64,000 nucleotides of DNA. Origin: an uncultured Vicinamibacteraceae bacterium. Its GTDB lineage: Bacteria; Acidobacteriota; Vicinamibacteria; Vicinamibacterales; UBA8438. Made by a program: the position numbers and the translations under genes. Position 1 is the stretch's first letter; each line of letters begins with the position of its first letter. Where the stretch lies: NCBI GenBank assembly GCA_964507425.1, contig CAZDQD010000053.1:12156-76155 (forward strand), given 5' to 3'. Below the pieces are notes generated by a model. It saw only the letters and a program-made list of their open reading frames with translations. It ran no database searches and was not told where the DNA came from. Below, piece by piece: positions 39,048 to 48,340 of the stretch.

Positions 39048-39066
39048 AGTTAGGTCCAGTCTTGAT

Positions 39067-39882
39067 TCACGATACAAACCAAATGGCAACTGCTGTCCCC
39101 AGAGCAAAACGGTAAGCAGCAAAGACGTCTAAAGAATACCTGGAAACATAGGCAATAAAGTACTTCACCACAACATAACCGACTGTGGCCGACGATGCGA
39201 TACCTACTGCAAACACTAGCGGGTCAACTTGGGAGCCTGGAGCAAACCATAGATCAACTGCTGTTTTAGTAGCAGCTCCAAATATCGCCGGAATGCCGAG
39301 GAGAAAAGCAAACCGGGCGGCAGATTGCCTGCGTAATCCCAAGAGCAAACCAATAATCAAAATAGCACCCGAACGTGAGACACCCGGAACTAGCGCAACC
39401 GCCTGTCCACAACCGATTGCAAGTGCCTCACAAATTGTCAGCGTCGTTTCATCTCTGTCCTGTTTTCCAATACGTTCGACCACGAACATGGCAACAGCAC
39501 CGAGAACTAAAGTAACCGCTACGACTGCAGTCGTACGCAATGAACCGGAAATCGACTCTGCCGCAGCAAGCCCGACAACAACAGTCGGAACAGTGCCCCA
39601 ACAAATAGCGCGAAACAAAACTGAATCTGGCGCATGACGATTACTCCAGGTGCGCGGGTGAAGACCAACCTGAATAAGCTTTGCAACATCACGGCGAAAG
39701 TAGAAGAGAACCGAAAACAGCGTTCCAACGTGGCAAGCCACGTCAAACGAAAGTCCAAGGACACCGCCACCGTCCCAGCCTAGAATTTCTCGGGCAAGTA
39801 ATAAGTGCGCCGAGCTCGAAATCGGGAGAAACTCCGTAAGCCCCTGGACCACACCAAGTAATAGGGCGTAAAGCGCGGCCAC
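39067..39882 (-). CDS. uppP: undecaprenyl-diphosphate phosphatase
   Basis: TEFLPISSSAHL and PGVSRSGA motifs. Confidence 0.9.
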   Translation of the reverse strand: MAALYALLLGVVQGLTEFLPISSSAHLLLAREILGWDGGGVLGLSFDVACHVGTLFSVLFYFRRDVAKLIQVGLHPRTWSNRHAPDSVLFRAICWGTVPTVVVGLAAAESISGSLRTTAVVAVTLVLGAVAMFVVERIGKQDRDETTLTICEALAIGCGQAVALVPGVSRSGAILIIGLLLGLRRQSAARFAFLLGIPAIFGAATKTAVDLWFAPGSQVDPLVFAVGIASSATVGYVVVKYFIAYVSRYSLDVFAAYRFALGTAVAIWFVS

Positions 39883-39910
39883 GGCTTTAGTCTAACGTGG
39901 AACAACCAAT

Positions 39911-40906
39911 CTATGAGGCACGTGCCCTACGGACGGCTCGCTTTTTGGCCCGCTGTGATGTGACCGGTTGTCCAGTTGCTGTCGACGCGGCCCCTTGATA
40001 ACCCTTAGCCGCCTTGCGCTCAGTAATCAGAATGGCAATCATGGCCGCAACAAATATCGTCGAGTAGGTCCCACTCATGACCCCAACAAGCATCGTGAAT
40101 GCAAAACCCTCCAGAACCTCTCCACCAAAAACGTAAAGAGCGAGTACCGCCACGCCTGTGGTTCCAGACGTAATTACTGTCCGCGCCAATGTTTGGTTGA
40201 TACTTGTGTTCACAAGCGGAGCAAAAGCGTCACGACGCATCGACCGGAGGTTCTCGCGGACTCGGTCAAACACAACGATCGAGTCGTTAACCGAATAACC
40301 CGTAATCGTTAGCATCGCCGCGACAACATTAAGTGACAACTCATAACCGAGAAACGTTAACAGAGATAGCGTAACGGCAATGTCGTGAACGACAGCCACG
40401 ACCGCACCAACAGCAAAACTAAAACGAAATCGCAGACCGATGTAAACAAGGATGCCGACCATGGCAAATACAAACGCATTGACGCCACGCTCCTGGAGCT
40501 CCTGGCCAATCACCGGACCAACCAACTCCTGGCCGATCACCTCGAACGAACCGAGGTCTCCGCGCTCCAACGCGGCGACAACCGCATTGGCTCCCGCTTC
40601 CAGACTTGCGCCCTCCTCCGGACCAGAGATAGGCAAACGCACCAGTATTTCGTTCGCTCCAGGTTCTCCGTACTGCTGGACAACCTTCTCTTCGATCACA
40701 GATAACGCCTCACGGACCGCACCCTCACCCGTTGGCTGGTCAAACTTCAAGATAATCAGTGAACCACCTGAGAAATCAATTCCGAGCGGCACTCCTCCAC
40801 GCATCACAGTCAAACTGAGGCCTACCACGAGAACTAGGGCCGATAACCCGAGTGCCGGAAGTCTCAAACCAACGAAGTCAATGTTCGGTGTCTTGAAAAG
40901 TGCCAT
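39911..40906 (-). CDS. secF: protein translocase subunit SecF
   Basis: GIDFSGGS motif and a 6-TM SecD/SecF domain. Follows secD with a 1-nt gap. Confidence 0.9.
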   Translation of the reverse strand: MALFKTPNIDFVGLRLPALGLSALVLVVGLSLTVMRGGVPLGIDFSGGSLIILKFDQPTGEGAVREALSVIEEKVVQQYGEPGANEILVRLPISGPEEGASLEAGANAVVAALERGDLGSFEVIGQELVGPVIGQELQERGVNAFVFAMVGILVYIGLRFRFSFAVGAVVAVVHDIAVTLSLLTFLGYELSLNVVAAMLTITGYSVNDSIVVFDRVRENLRSMRRDAFAPLVNTSINQTLARTVITSGTTGVAVLALYVFGGEVLEGFAFTMLVGVMSGTYSTIFVAAMIAILITERKAAKGYQGAASTATGQPVTSQRAKKRAVRRARAS

Positions 40907-40907
40907 C

Positions 40908-42461
40908 TCAAATACTAAGCCTCACCACACGCCGGCGAGACAGAATGGTTTCAAATAGCGACCTCGATACAAAGACCGCCGTAAAAACATTTGCCACCAA
41001 GCCAAAAAAGAGTGTCGTAGCAAATCCCTTGATCGGCCCTGAACCGAATTGAAAAAGAAATGCAGCCGCAATGAGCGACGCGACATGGGTATCGATGATT
41101 GTCAAAAGAACGCGATCAAAACCCGCAGCAACGGCCGCTTTGATACTGCGCGCAGAACGCAGCTCCTCCTTGATCCGCTCGAATATAAGAACGTTAGAAT
41201 CGACGCCGATACCAATGGTTAAAATTAAGCCGGCGATACCTGGAAGCGTTAACACGGCACCAACATAGGACATACATGCCATAAGGATTAGCAAGTTAAG
41301 TACAACCGCTACCACGGCGTTAATACCAGCCAGCTTGTAGTACCCGAGCATAAAAAACGCGACGGTGATAAGACCTGCCACCGACGCGGTAACACCCGCA
41401 CGAATCGAATCCGCTCCCAACGTAGGACCGACAGTCCGCTCTTCGAGGTAAGTCAGTGACGCCGGTAGTGCGCCGGAACGAAGCGTAATTTGCAGGTCCT
41501 CAGCTTCTTGCTGCGATACACCGGTAATTTGGCCGCTGTCAGCAATGCGACCCTGAATGGTTGGTGCTGACCGAATTTGTCCGTCAAGCACAATGGCAAG
41601 TGACCGGCCCAAATTTTGGCCTGTTAACTCACCCATCTTCGTTGCTCCCTCGCGATTCAACGTAAAGCTAACCGCGGGTTGGTTGAACTCATCCAATGAT
41701 GGACGCGCATTTCTCAAATCCCGCCCAGTAACCGCAGCAACGCGACGAACGAGGTAAAACAGCGGTTCACCCTCAAAACCAGGAACACCACCAGTAGTGA
41801 CCTCCATATCAGGAGGGACAACCCCGCTTCGCCCCGCTAACAAAGAATCACGCGTCGGCGAAGGCCCTTCCTCAACTAACTTAAATTCAAGCATTGACGT
41901 CGACCGAATCAGTTCCTTGGCTCTCGCAACATCCGAAACCCCTGGAAGCTGCACCAAAATCTGGTCCCCGCCAATCCCGTGTGGTGCAACAATCGGTTCA
42001 GAAACACCAAGTTCATTTACTCGTCGCTCTATCGTTTGTAACGCCTGTCGCACCGCTTCTTCACGAAGTGAGGAAACGACCGGACCGCGCATGCGAAACG
42101 TATAGGTGCCTCCAGCGCCAGATTCTCGATCATACGACGCAGCTAAACGCTCATCAGACAATCGTCTAAACTCCGTGTCTCGGTCGGAGTTGATGCCCTC
42201 TGCTCGTATTGTGACCGCATCGACTGGAATAATCGCGGCGTCTGACATCCCCTGAAGCGATAGCTGTTCTGACAATTGCTCCGCAGACGTTTCCGTCTCA
42301 ATTTGTAGCGCATCGTCCGTCTGGACACGCAACACCATATGAACGCCACCCTCCAAGTCCAAACCTAGACGTATTCGGTCCTCGGGTGGGAGTACAGCCC
42401 ACGTAGCAAGAGCCGTTATCGCCACAATCGCGAGTAACTTCCACTGCAAATTTTTCTGCAT
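40908..42461 (-). CDS. secD: protein translocase subunit SecD
   Basis: LGLDLEGGVHMVL motif, a large periplasmic domain and a C-terminal SecDF TM bundle. Confidence 0.9.
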   Translation of the reverse strand: MQKNLQWKLLAIVAITALATWAVLPPEDRIRLGLDLEGGVHMVLRVQTDDALQIETETSAEQLSEQLSLQGMSDAAIIPVDAVTIRAEGINSDRDTEFRRLSDERLAASYDRESGAGGTYTFRMRGPVVSSLREEAVRQALQTIERRVNELGVSEPIVAPHGIGGDQILVQLPGVSDVARAKELIRSTSMLEFKLVEEGPSPTRDSLLAGRSGVVPPDMEVTTGGVPGFEGEPLFYLVRRVAAVTGRDLRNARPSLDEFNQPAVSFTLNREGATKMGELTGQNLGRSLAIVLDGQIRSAPTIQGRIADSGQITGVSQQEAEDLQITLRSGALPASLTYLEERTVGPTLGADSIRAGVTASVAGLITVAFFMLGYYKLAGINAVVAVVLNLLILMACMSYVGAVLTLPGIAGLILTIGIGVDSNVLIFERIKEELRSARSIKAAVAAGFDRVLLTIIDTHVASLIAAAFLFQFGSGPIKGFATTLFFGLVANVFTAVFVSRSLFETILSRRRVVRLSI

Positions 42462-42474
42462 CTTCCTCTACCTT

Positions 42475-42819
42475 TTAAGAGCTGGTCCCTTCCTGCACGA
42501 CCGGATCTTCGCCCTGATTCCCACCTACAGCGCTTCTCGATACTTCAATCCTAACTTTATCGGCTATCTGCACTTGCACCGATTTGTCATGAAGTTTGGT
42601 AATGGAACCATATATGCCACTGGTCGTGACGATCTTGTCACCGACTTTCAAGGAACTCTGGAAATCCTGAACCTTCTTCTGTCGTCGTTTCATCGGCAAC
42701 AAAATGATGAAGTAGAAAATGCCGAGAATCAGTAGGAACGGGAGAAATTGCACGAGCAGGCTCGGCCGTTGGTCGGTAGGCTGGGCCATAGCAAACATGA
42801 GGACTTCTTGAAGAATCAT
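42475..42819 (-). CDS. yajC: preprotein translocase subunit YajC
   Basis: FLPFLLILGIFYFIILLPMKRRQKK followed by GDKIVTTSGIYG. The start is ambiguous (ATG at 42819, 42798 or 42789). Confidence 0.85.
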   Translation of the reverse strand: MILQEVLMFAMAQPTDQRPSLLVQFLPFLLILGIFYFIILLPMKRRQKKVQDFQSSLKVGDKIVTTSGIYGSITKLHDKSVQVQIADKVRIEVSRSAVGGNQGEDPVVQEGTSS

Positions 42820-42878
42820 CACAGATAAACCAAAACGTTATTTATTCGGGCCGACTTCTTTTTTTGGGCTGCCACGCC

Positions 42879-44060
42879 TTACCACCGGCCGGAATACTGT
42901 TTGTGGAAGGTTTGCCGAAAGCTCTGGAACGCACCCAACTTTATAGACTCCCTTATCCTCTTCATGGTGTCAAGATAGAAGTGTAGATTATGTATCGTAT
43001 TGAGCGTAGCTGAGGTCATCTCTTTGGCAACAAAGAGGTGCCTGAGGTAGGCACGCGAAAATTTACTGCATGTGTAACAAGTGCATTCTCCATCGACCGG
43101 CCTCTCATCGTCGGCAAACCTAGCAGCCTTAATTGCGATCGCACCATTTCGCGTAAAGAGCTGTCCATTACGCGCGTTTCTGGTTGGCAACACGCAATCA
43201 AACATGTCGACCCCTCGAGCAACGGACTCTACGAGATCATCAGGCATTCCGACACCCATCAGATATCGGGGCCGGCCCTGAGGTAACAAATCCGTAGTCC
43301 GTGCCGTTACGTCATACATCATGGTCTGTGGTTCACCGACACTAAGCCCTCCAATGGCATACGCGTCAAAGCCAAGCGCGACTGTTTCCCGAGCACTAAT
43401 TTCACGTAACTCCGGATACATCCCACCTTGAATAATGCCAAACTGCACCTGCCCAGGAGTTGTTAAGATGGCCCCGCTCCCGTAGGGTGTGCCGACGAGG
43501 TCGGCGAATCGAGTTCGGGCTCTGGCAGCCCATCGGATTGTTCGTTCCATCGACAATTTTGCCTCGACAGCCGTCACCGGATGAGGCGTACACTCGTCAA
43601 AAGCCATCGCGATGTCACTTCCAAGACGAGCCTGAATATCGGTCGTCGACTCCGGCGACAAGACATGTTCGCTGCCGTCAATGTGTGAGCGGAAACTCAC
43701 CCCACTCTCTGTAATCGTCCGACGCCCTGCCAAACTAAAGACCTGATAACCACCGCTGTCAGTAAGGATCGGCCCAGACCAGGACATAAAACGATGCAAG
43801 CCCCCGAGCTCGGCAATTAACTGATCACCAGGGCGTAAGAACAGATGGTAGGTGTTTGCAAGAACAATTTCGGCACCAAGTTCTTGGAGGTGACGCGGGG
43901 TCAGCGATTTTATTGAACCTGCCGTGCCAACCGACATGAAAGCAGGGGTCTCAACTGTGCCGTGCGGCGTGCACATAATCCCACATCTCGCATCACCATC
44001 ACGGGCAACCACTTCAAACCCATAAATATCGTTCACAGAGTCACGTATAGTAGAGTCCAT
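42879..44060 (-). CDS. tgt: tRNA-guanine transglycosylase (queuine tRNA-ribosyltransferase)
   Basis: TPAFMSVGT, LTDSGGYQVFSL and zinc site CTCYTC...RAYLRHL. Confidence 0.95.
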   Translation of the reverse strand: MDSTIRDSVNDIYGFEVVARDGDARCGIMCTPHGTVETPAFMSVGTAGSIKSLTPRHLQELGAEIVLANTYHLFLRPGDQLIAELGGLHRFMSWSGPILTDSGGYQVFSLAGRRTITESGVSFRSHIDGSEHVLSPESTTDIQARLGSDIAMAFDECTPHPVTAVEAKLSMERTIRWAARARTRFADLVGTPYGSGAILTTPGQVQFGIIQGGMYPELREISARETVALGFDAYAIGGLSVGEPQTMMYDVTARTTDLLPQGRPRYLMGVGMPDDLVESVARGVDMFDCVLPTRNARNGQLFTRNGAIAIKAARFADDERPVDGECTCYTCSKFSRAYLRHLFVAKEMTSATLNTIHNLHFYLDTMKRIRESIKLGAFQSFRQTFHKQYSGRW

Positions 44061-44063
44061 ACT

Positions 44064-45227
44064 GTGGATCGCCTCCGCATCGGCGTAGTCTACGGCGGTC
44101 GTTCAGGTGAGCACGAAGTCTCGCTCGCTTCTGCCGCCGCCATATTCAGCCAACTTGACCCCAAACGCTACGACGCCGTACCTGTCTTTGTCGACAAGAA
44201 CGGCCGATGGTCACTCGCTGATGCTATCCCAGCAACTATGTCAGCAGGCGAAATCATTCAAAACCAACACGCTAGGGCTAGACCGAACACTGCGGTCCAG
44301 CCCAGCGAGGCCCATTTCGTGACATACCCTTCCGAAGAGACCGTTATCACTATTTCCCGTGATAACTCCACCATGGGGCAAAGCGTCGATCGCGCAGTAG
44401 TAAGAGGCCTCTCCTTAGACATAATTTTTCCAATTATCCATGGTCCTTTTGGTGAAGATGGCAGCCTACAGGGACTTCTAGAGCTAGCAAACGTTCCCTT
44501 TGTCGGTTCAGGAGTACTCGCGTCTGCACTAGCAATGGACAAGTCAATGTCGAAGGTTGTTTTCGCAGCGCACGGTCTTCCGCTTGTGCCGCACATGGTC
44601 GTGAAGGCGTCGGAATGGGAAACAAACCCGGAGACGATCGTGGACAAGATCAATCAAGTCTTTAGCTACCCGGTGTTTGTCAAACCTGCCAACCTTGGCT
44701 CCAGTATTGGAGTTTCACGAGTAACCAACAAGGCAGAACTCGAAGCCGCCCTCTCTAAAGCGTACTCACTTGACAATACTTTGCTTGTCGAAAAAGCCGT
44801 TATAAAGGCACGCGAAATTGAATGTTCCGTTCTCGGGAACGAATCACCTCTAACCTCAGTGCCAGGAGAAGTGATTCCATCAGGTGAGTTTTACGATTAC
44901 GAATCAAAATATCTTGACGATCGGTCGGAGCTTAGAATTCCTGCAAACCTGTCAATAGAACTTAGCAACAAAGTTCGCGACCTCAGCGTTAAAGCGTTTC
45001 TCGCTCTTGGGTGTACAGGCATGGCGCGTGTAGATTTTCTACTCGACCAAGATAATGAAACCCTCTATATCAACGAAGTAAACACACTACCTGGTTTCAC
45101 GACCATCAGTCAGTACGCCAAACTTTGGGAGGCTACGGGCCTAGCGTATTCTGCATTACTCGATAGGCTGATCGAATTAGCGCTCGCCCGGCATGACCGC
45201 AAGAACCGCATCGAAACCTTACGTTAA
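44064..45227 (+). CDS. ddl: D-alanine--D-alanine ligase
   Basis: GTG at 44064 gives VDRLRIGVVYGGRSGEHEVSLASA, the canonical Ddl N-terminus. ATP-grasp body ends in NEVNTLPGFT. The track start at 43962 would run through the tgt 5' end. Confidence 0.9.
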   Translation: MDRLRIGVVYGGRSGEHEVSLASAAAIFSQLDPKRYDAVPVFVDKNGRWSLADAIPATMSAGEIIQNQHARARPNTAVQPSEAHFVTYPSEETVITISRDNSTMGQSVDRAVVRGLSLDIIFPIIHGPFGEDGSLQGLLELANVPFVGSGVLASALAMDKSMSKVVFAAHGLPLVPHMVVKASEWETNPETIVDKINQVFSYPVFVKPANLGSSIGVSRVTNKAELEAALSKAYSLDNTLLVEKAVIKAREIECSVLGNESPLTSVPGEVIPSGEFYDYESKYLDDRSELRIPANLSIELSNKVRDLSVKAFLALGCTGMARVDFLLDQDNETLYINEVNTLPGFTTISQYAKLWEATGLAYSALLDRLIELALARHDRKNRIETLR

Positions 45228-45387
45228 CGATCAGTCTTTTTGTATAAACCAATCCGTATCCAAAACTTCTTCGAGCCGTCGTGATAGAGCTGTGCGTCAG
45301 CGAACTTGAATAAAGAAATCTTCGCCAAAACCGATACAGTCTCACGAAGACCAAAGAAATTATTTTGACTTTTGACCCCTATTGTGC

Positions 45388-45415
45388 TTGACACCAAGTT
45401 TTTCTCATCCATAAT
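45388..45415 (+). promoter_or_regulatory. near-consensus sigma70 promoter (TTGACA, 16 nt spacer, CATAAT) for the lysine-rich micro-gene(s)
   Basis: TTGACA at 45388-45393 and CATAAT at 45410-45415, about 95 nt upstream of ATG at 45512. Confidence 0.5.
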
Positions 45416-45511
45416 CTACATCTTGTATGAGGGTGGACGGCTCAGCCCACCTGTAGTGATGTCTCGGTGCCGGTAACAAAGCTGAGCAGCCACATTCCAT
45501 AAGGAGGAAGA

Positions 45512-45676
45512 ATGGCGAAGAAGAAGGCAGCGAAGAAGAAGGCAGCGAAGAAGAAGGCCACCAAGAAAAAGGTAGCCAAGAAAAAGGCCACCAAGAAAAA
45601 GGCCGCCAAGAAAAAAGCCACCAAGAAAAAGGCCGCCAAGAAAAAGGCCGCCAAGAAAGGCGCCAAAAAACGTTAA
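45512..45676 (+). CDS. 54-aa lysine/alanine pentapeptide-repeat basic protein (histone-H1-tail-like)
   Basis: Not in the track (shorter than 60 aa). Translation is MAKKKAAKKKAAKKKATKKKVAKKKATKKKAAKKKATKKKAAKKKAAKKGAKKR. AAGGAGG at 45501-45507 sits just upstream and a terminator lies downstream. Confidence 0.7.
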   Translation: MAKKKAAKKKAAKKKATKKKVAKKKATKKKAAKKKATKKKAAKKKAAKKGAKKR

Positions 45677-45698
45677 ACCCGTAGCTACTTAACTATGT

Positions 45699-45739
45699 AA
45701 TGGGGATGTCCACGAGAAAGTTGGCATCCCCATTATTTT
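45699..45739 (+). terminator. rho-independent terminator after the first lysine-rich gene
   Basis: AATGGGGATG (45699-45708) pairs with CATCCCCATT (45725-45734), followed by ATTTT. Confidence 0.6.
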
Positions 45740-45844
45740 GAGGTCTCCGTGCATCTGCACGGAAACAGCGATCCGGAGCACCGAGACAAATTGTTAAGGT
45801 TCTGCGGGCCGTAATCCAAAACCGAAGGGGGGGAGAACCCGACC

Positions 45845-45994
45845 ATGGCAAAGAAGAAAGCTGCAAAGAAGAAGGCCACCAAGAAAAAGGCCGCCAAGAA
45901 AAAGGAAGCCAAGAAAAAGGCCACCAAGAAAAAGGCCGCCAAGAAAAAGGCCACCAAGAAAAAGGCCGCAAAGAAGGGCGCCAAAAAGCGCTAG
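45845..45994 (+). CDS. 49-aa lysine/alanine pentapeptide-repeat basic protein (paralog of 45512-45676)
   Basis: Not in the track. Translation is MAKKKAAKKKATKKKAAKKKEAKKKATKKKAAKKKATKKKAAKKGAKKR. GGGAG at 45831-45835 is 9 nt upstream, and a strong terminator lies downstream. Confidence 0.7.
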   Translation: MAKKKAAKKKATKKKAAKKKEAKKKATKKKAAKKKATKKKAAKKGAKKR

Positions 45995-46012
45995 TCGCGG
46001 TTAATCGCGATG

Positions 46013-46047
46013 AAAAGGGGGGCCCACACTGGGCCCCCCTTTCTTTT
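46013..46047. terminator. bidirectional rho-independent terminator between convergent genes
   Basis: Perfect 9-bp GC stem GGGGGGCCC (46017-46025) / GGGCCCCCC (46031-46039), flanked by AAAA on one side and TTTCTTTT on the other. Confidence 0.8.
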
Positions 46048-46114
46048 ACTGCCGGTGCTTCCTCGAGCCGAAGCAGTAAACCGTTCGAGCGTTCACTGTT
46101 ACGAATCCCCTGGA

Positions 46115-48304
46115 CTACTGTCTCACACTGGACTCTGGTTGCCGATCGAACGGCTGGACACCATCCCAGACTAAAACGCGCTCGATAACATCGCCTGGTT
46201 CAATACTGCCAAGAACCTCCATGCCCGCAACGACGTGTCCGAAGGCCGTGTAACGTGCATCGAGCTGAGGCTGAGGTGAGTATGTGATGAAAAACTGACT
46301 ACCACCCGTATCGGCCCAATCACGAGCAATACCCACGGTCCCCGGAAGGAAGGGTCGGCTATTCAGTTCGTCACGAATGGTGTAGCCTGGCCCTCCTTCG
46401 TTATCACTGCGCGGATCTCCAGCCTGAACGACGTTGTTGGGTATAACGCGATGAAATGTTAATCCGTCATAGAACCCCTGCCGTGCCAAAGTCATAAAGT
46501 TATGCGACACAAGTGGCGCATCGACCACTGCCAATTCAATTTCAATCGTTCCATGAACCGTCTCTATATAGGCATGGGGTGACACACGCGGCCTAACCAA
46601 ATCAGCGGATTCGTAGTTCACCTGTCGCAAGCTAGGTGCTGGTCGAATCCTATTTCCAGAAACGCCTGGCGAAAGCCGCTCCAAATGGTGGTCAGCCTTA
46701 AGACGCACCGCCCAATCTCGATCGGTAAGTGCTTTACTTAAAGTATCTCTTGCCAGCTCGCCATCAAATTGAGAAAGTGCATCGAGTGCCGCAGCTCTCG
46801 CAACATATGACGGGTCCGGCAACGCCAACTCGTAGGCCTCTACGAAAAGTTGTTCGGCACCCTCTGGTCGAATTTCGGCTAACAAACGTAACGCTGTCTT
46901 TCGAACGACAACATCAGAAGCCGTTAATCTTGTTCTTAAAATACGTGCAGCGTCCTCGCTACCGACCGCGACTAATGATTTAAGTACTGACGGAACAACG
47001 CGCTGATCTTCATCGTTCAACATCAACAGCAACCGATACTGTGCAGCCTCCTTAGGTACCCAACGCAACCCATCGGCAATAGCGGCACGGACGCGCCAAT
47101 CTTGGTCGGACGAGAATCCTGACAGGACCAACACAAAAGTATCTGGGTCGGTTCGAGCAAGGGCACGAAAGGCAGCCGCTCGCAAAAATGCCCACGGATG
47201 ATCCAACAGTTCAATAAAAACTTCGACAGAGGCCAAACTGTTTTGTTGGGAAAGTGCATTTACCGCAATAAGTCGAAGATGTTGGTCGAGTCGACGAATA
47301 CGAACAAAACGATCCAGTGCAGCCGCCGCTTTAGGTGCATCAATTTCTGCCAAAGCCTGAACCGCAGCAATGACAACATTACGGTCTCTCCGGTCAAGGT
47401 CGAGAAGAGCTTCAAGTGGTTCGATCGCGCGAACGTCACCAAGTCGACCGAGACCACGCGCCGCCAAAGATACTCCAAAGCTTCCCTGGACACCTGACAA
47501 AGTTTCAAGAGCCGAGAGCGCCCGCGCGTCTCCTGTCTGTCCAAGTGCGTAAGCAACAGGCCACCACCAAAGAATTGGCTGCCCCCCGTCGTCCAACACT
47601 GCTTCAGCTAACTGATCAAAAGCCTTTAAATCACCCAATGCGTAAACACCGAGGCGAAAAGCTTCAATCTCTGCGTCGAGCGGGTAATCAATATCCTCTG
47701 GGTCCACCACAAACGCGGCTGTTACATAACGCCCCACCATAGACCCGATGTCTTCAACTGCGGAAACCGCACCAATCCGAGCAAGAGCTTGCGCGGCTTG
47801 CCCCTGCACCTTTGGAGAAATGTCGTTCAGAGCAGAACTCAACGGAACAGTTGCAGCTACATCTCCAATCAAACCTAAACCAAAAGCCGCCATCCGACGA
47901 ACTTCCATCTCCGGATCGTCAAGTAAATCAAGCAGTATTTCGACACCTTCCGACAAACCGACACGGCCTACCGCAAGCGCCACCCGTCGACGAAGGTATG
48001 CTTCATCAGATTTTGCGAGAACTTCAAGATCAGGTTGCGGTATGGGCTTCGGCGGGATAATTAACAACAAATCGTCAGTTTCGGCGGTAGGGGGCGGGGG
48101 CGGGGGCGGCAGATCATCCGCCAATTTCCTCTGATCTTCAAGTCGTAAAATCCAAGACATTCTTTCGTCTATCGAGGGCAACTCAGTTACTACATCCACC
48201 ACGAGTGGTGCGGACGCACAACCGTAAGTTGCCATCAAAATGGTGACGACGGAAGAACGTACTAACAGACCTTGAAAATCGGCGGTAAGCATCGCCGCCG
48301 CCAT
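46115..48304 (-). CDS. putative lipoprotein: HEAT/armadillo-like repeat region fused to a C-terminal cyclophilin-type peptidyl-prolyl isomerase
   Basis: N-terminal hydrophobic segment ending ATYGC. Repeated D/E-x-VR-x-xAAxALG HEAT-like units. The C-terminal ~160 aa (GTIEIELAVVDAPLVSHNFMTLARQGFYDGLTFHRVIPNNVVQAGDP...GGSQFFITY) is cyclophilin-like. Confidence 0.8.
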   Translation of the reverse strand: MAAAMLTADFQGLLVRSSVVTILMATYGCASAPLVVDVVTELPSIDERMSWILRLEDQRKLADDLPPPPPPPTAETDDLLLIIPPKPIPQPDLEVLAKSDEAYLRRRVALAVGRVGLSEGVEILLDLLDDPEMEVRRMAAFGLGLIGDVAATVPLSSALNDISPKVQGQAAQALARIGAVSAVEDIGSMVGRYVTAAFVVDPEDIDYPLDAEIEAFRLGVYALGDLKAFDQLAEAVLDDGGQPILWWWPVAYALGQTGDARALSALETLSGVQGSFGVSLAARGLGRLGDVRAIEPLEALLDLDRRDRNVVIAAVQALAEIDAPKAAAALDRFVRIRRLDQHLRLIAVNALSQQNSLASVEVFIELLDHPWAFLRAAAFRALARTDPDTFVLVLSGFSSDQDWRVRAAIADGLRWVPKEAAQYRLLLMLNDEDQRVVPSVLKSLVAVGSEDAARILRTRLTASDVVVRKTALRLLAEIRPEGAEQLFVEAYELALPDPSYVARAAALDALSQFDGELARDTLSKALTDRDWAVRLKADHHLERLSPGVSGNRIRPAPSLRQVNYESADLVRPRVSPHAYIETVHGTIEIELAVVDAPLVSHNFMTLARQGFYDGLTFHRVIPNNVVQAGDPRSDNEGGPGYTIRDELNSRPFLPGTVGIARDWADTGGSQFFITYSPQPQLDARYTAFGHVVAGMEVLGSIEPGDVIERVLVWDGVQPFDRQPESSVRQ

Positions 48305-48340
48305 GATAACACGCTAATTTTTGGCTATACTCGCCGCACC

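Noticed and set aside
43962-44063. Long N-terminal extensions in the track for ddl (43962), prfA (14154), lptD (50351), rpmB (27261), the DUF502 protein (39122) and lepB (62694)
   Set aside because: The extensions overlap neighbouring genes and add non-conserved residues. Internal starts restore canonical family N-termini and, for prfA and the second exbD, sit behind SD motifs.
45442-45984. Minus-strand track ORFs (FFLAAFFLVAFF..., PFSWWPFSW...), and the possibility that the 15-nt periodic repeats are a CRISPR-like or satellite array
   Set aside because: These ORFs are reverse complements of the lysine-codon repeats. The plus-strand ORFs have SD sites, a promoter and terminators. A 15-nt period with no spacers is coding periodicity, not CRISPR.
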